Source of the DNA: the human T2T-CHM13v2.0 reference genome, Homo sapiens
Assembly: GCF_009914755.1 (NCBI RefSeq)
Contig: NC_060941.1
Length of the DNA stretch: 64,000 nucleotides
Reading direction: 5' to 3' (one strand)
The notes beneath the pieces were generated by a model. The model was given only the letters and a program-made list of their open reading frames with translations. It was not told the DNA's origin and did not search any database. This document shows positions 61,700 through 64,000 of this stretch, one piece after another. The first letter of the stretch is position 1; every line of letters begins with the position of its first letter. The position numbers and the translations under genes were made by a program.

Positions 61700-61900
61700 T
61701 ACAGTGTCCTGTGCTCAGCGTTGGCTGTGTTTTTAATGCAATTTGTTATTTAATCCTCACAACAGCTCTGCAAGCTTGGGGTTGTGGTTCACAATTTTTA
61801 CTGATTGGGCGACTGAGATGCAGAAAGGCCACAGTTACTCAGTTTGTATGTGAGCAGTCCAAGGTTCAAACCCATGTCTGTTGGACAGTAAACTACTTTT
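61700..61900 (-). mobile_element. MIR
   Basis: TTATTTAATCCTCACAACAGCTCTG. Confidence 0.65.
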
Positions 61901-62506
61901 CTTTTTACTGTTACACTCTTATTGTACCTGTTTGGTACTCTCATTAAAAAATATGTATAGCTGAGTGATCTCGGCCAAGCCACATTATCTTTCTGGCATA
62001 CTTTATAGTGCATAAAATAAGAGGAGTGAATGAAATAAGTATAAGCGTTTAACCTCATTTTTCTTTCAAATATTTGTTCAGTATATATGATGTACTGAGG
62101 ATCAAAATACTAAATAATAAATTGGCATTTTACTAGCAACAAAATTTATAAAAACATCCAAGAGTTAACTTAGTAAGAAGTGCTAATGAAAGCACTACCA
62201 AATTGACACAATTAACATTCATAAAATATACCATCCCGAAATAGCAGAATACACATTTCTCTCTAGCTCACATGGAACAGTCACTAAAATAGACTGAATT
62301 CCAGGACATAAAACACACTTTTATAAATTTAAAATATAGAAATCATACAACATATGTTCTTACACCACAATGGACTTGAACTAGAAATTATTAACAGAAA
62401 GAAAAGAACATTCTCAGATTTTTTGGAGATTAGACAACATGTTTCTAAGTAATATGTGGATCAAAAAAGAAGTCTCAATATACACTTAGAAAATATTTTG
62501 AACTAG

Positions 62507-62829
<323 letters not shown>

Positions 62830-63019
62830 CTAAACAAAAATGGAAATACAACTTACCAAAACTTGTGGCATGCGGTAAAAATGGTGCTTAGCGGGAAATG
62901 TATAGTATTAAATGCATATGTCAGAAAAAGAAGATCCAAGTCCAATCTCATACCTTCTGAATCTAGAGAAAGAAGAGTAATTTAAGCCTAAAATGAACAC
63001 GAAGAAAGAAAAAGTATTT

Positions 63020-63185
63020 AAGTGAGGGTAGGAAGTGGTGAGAGAGTTGAGAGATTGCCCATGGGTACGATGTTCACTCTTTGGATGATGGGCACACTAG
63101 AAGCCCAATCTTCACCAGCACGCAATATACCCACGTAACAAACATGCACAGGTACCCCCTGAATCTAAAATAAAATAAAATTTAA
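63020..63185 (+). mobile_element. Short L1PB-type 3' end
   Basis: CACGTAACAAACATGCACAGGTACCCCCTGAATCTAAAATAAAA. Confidence 0.85.
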
Positions 63186-64000
63186 AATTTAGATTAAAAA
63201 ATCAACAAAATTTGAAACAAAAGCTCAATAGAGAAAACCAGTGAAACCAAAAGCTGGTTCTTTGAAAAGATTCATAAAATTCATAGACTTCTAGCCAGGT
63301 GTATCAAGGTTAAAAGAGGCAACTAAAGAGGGGTAATCATTACGGATCTCATCGGCAAAAGGAATTACAATATTCTACCAGATTTAAGGAATGGCTTGAC
63401 CTTTTAAGAGAAGAAAGAGCTGGTGCTGCTAACAAAATGATCATTTTATTAACAGATGGATGGTGTTGGATGGGAGGATGAAATCATTTTTAGAAGAATG
63501 TGTCACGTCTCAGGAAGAGCCAGTAGATACTGTGGGACCATCAGCAAATGGACACATGAGAAATGAAGGAGCTGGACATGCCAAGGTCAGAATTGGTGGA
63601 AACAATCCAACCACAGGGCTATGCCACTCCCCTAAAAGAGAAATGGTCAGTAGTACAAATGTCAATTCCAAAATGAAAGTAGCTGGTGCTTCGCAGCGGC
63701 TTGGAAGTAGGTTTTCCTGAGCACCTTCCAGTCCCCTCAAATAAACAAGGAATGTGTGTAAAAATAATGAACTTGCCATTCGTGTGCAGTTTTAAGGAAG
63801 GCTCCTAGACAAATCCTTCCCCCCATACAAAAGGCTGACCCTAGGACCCTCCTACGTAGAAATTCTGAAGTGGTCATTGCAGCCAGTGAAATCAGGAATA
63901 ACAAGGAACTTATTTCAGTATCCAAAGGAGTTCCCTATGAGGATGGGTCACAGCTGCAGGAACGTCTCAAAAATCACAGCCACCCACATAGATGACACAG

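Noticed and set aside
63460-63925. Short ORFs near the window end
   Set aside because: No recognisable protein similarity or convincing exon boundaries

Overview
Primate (human-like) non-coding genomic DNA, either intergenic or deep intronic. I can support no protein-coding exon, RNA gene or CRISPR array. The supplied ORFs are explained by Alu, LTR, LINE or simple-repeat sequence, or are short chance ORFs. The window is a layered transposon landscape: about 27 Alu elements (J, S and Y types, most with visible target-site duplications), old L1/HAL1 and L2 fragments, MIRs, MaLR LTRs (THE1D, MST, MLT1), ERV solo LTRs (LTR10, MER74, LTR54/MER57-like), a Tigger3a and a MADE1 MITE. The most interesting items are: a solo LTR10 carrying three tandem AP-1 sites; an ~81-bp inverted copy of downstream flanking DNA inside an ERV1 LTR; a diverged ~245-bp non-tandem local duplication; a double Alu insertion at one target site with a shared rare variant; a CTCF motif in a repeat-poor island; and a CArG/E-box/NF-kB motif cluster. 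Repeat family names come from remembered consensus sequences and need RepeatMasker/Dfam confirmation. I do not see evidence for a new multi-component biological system.
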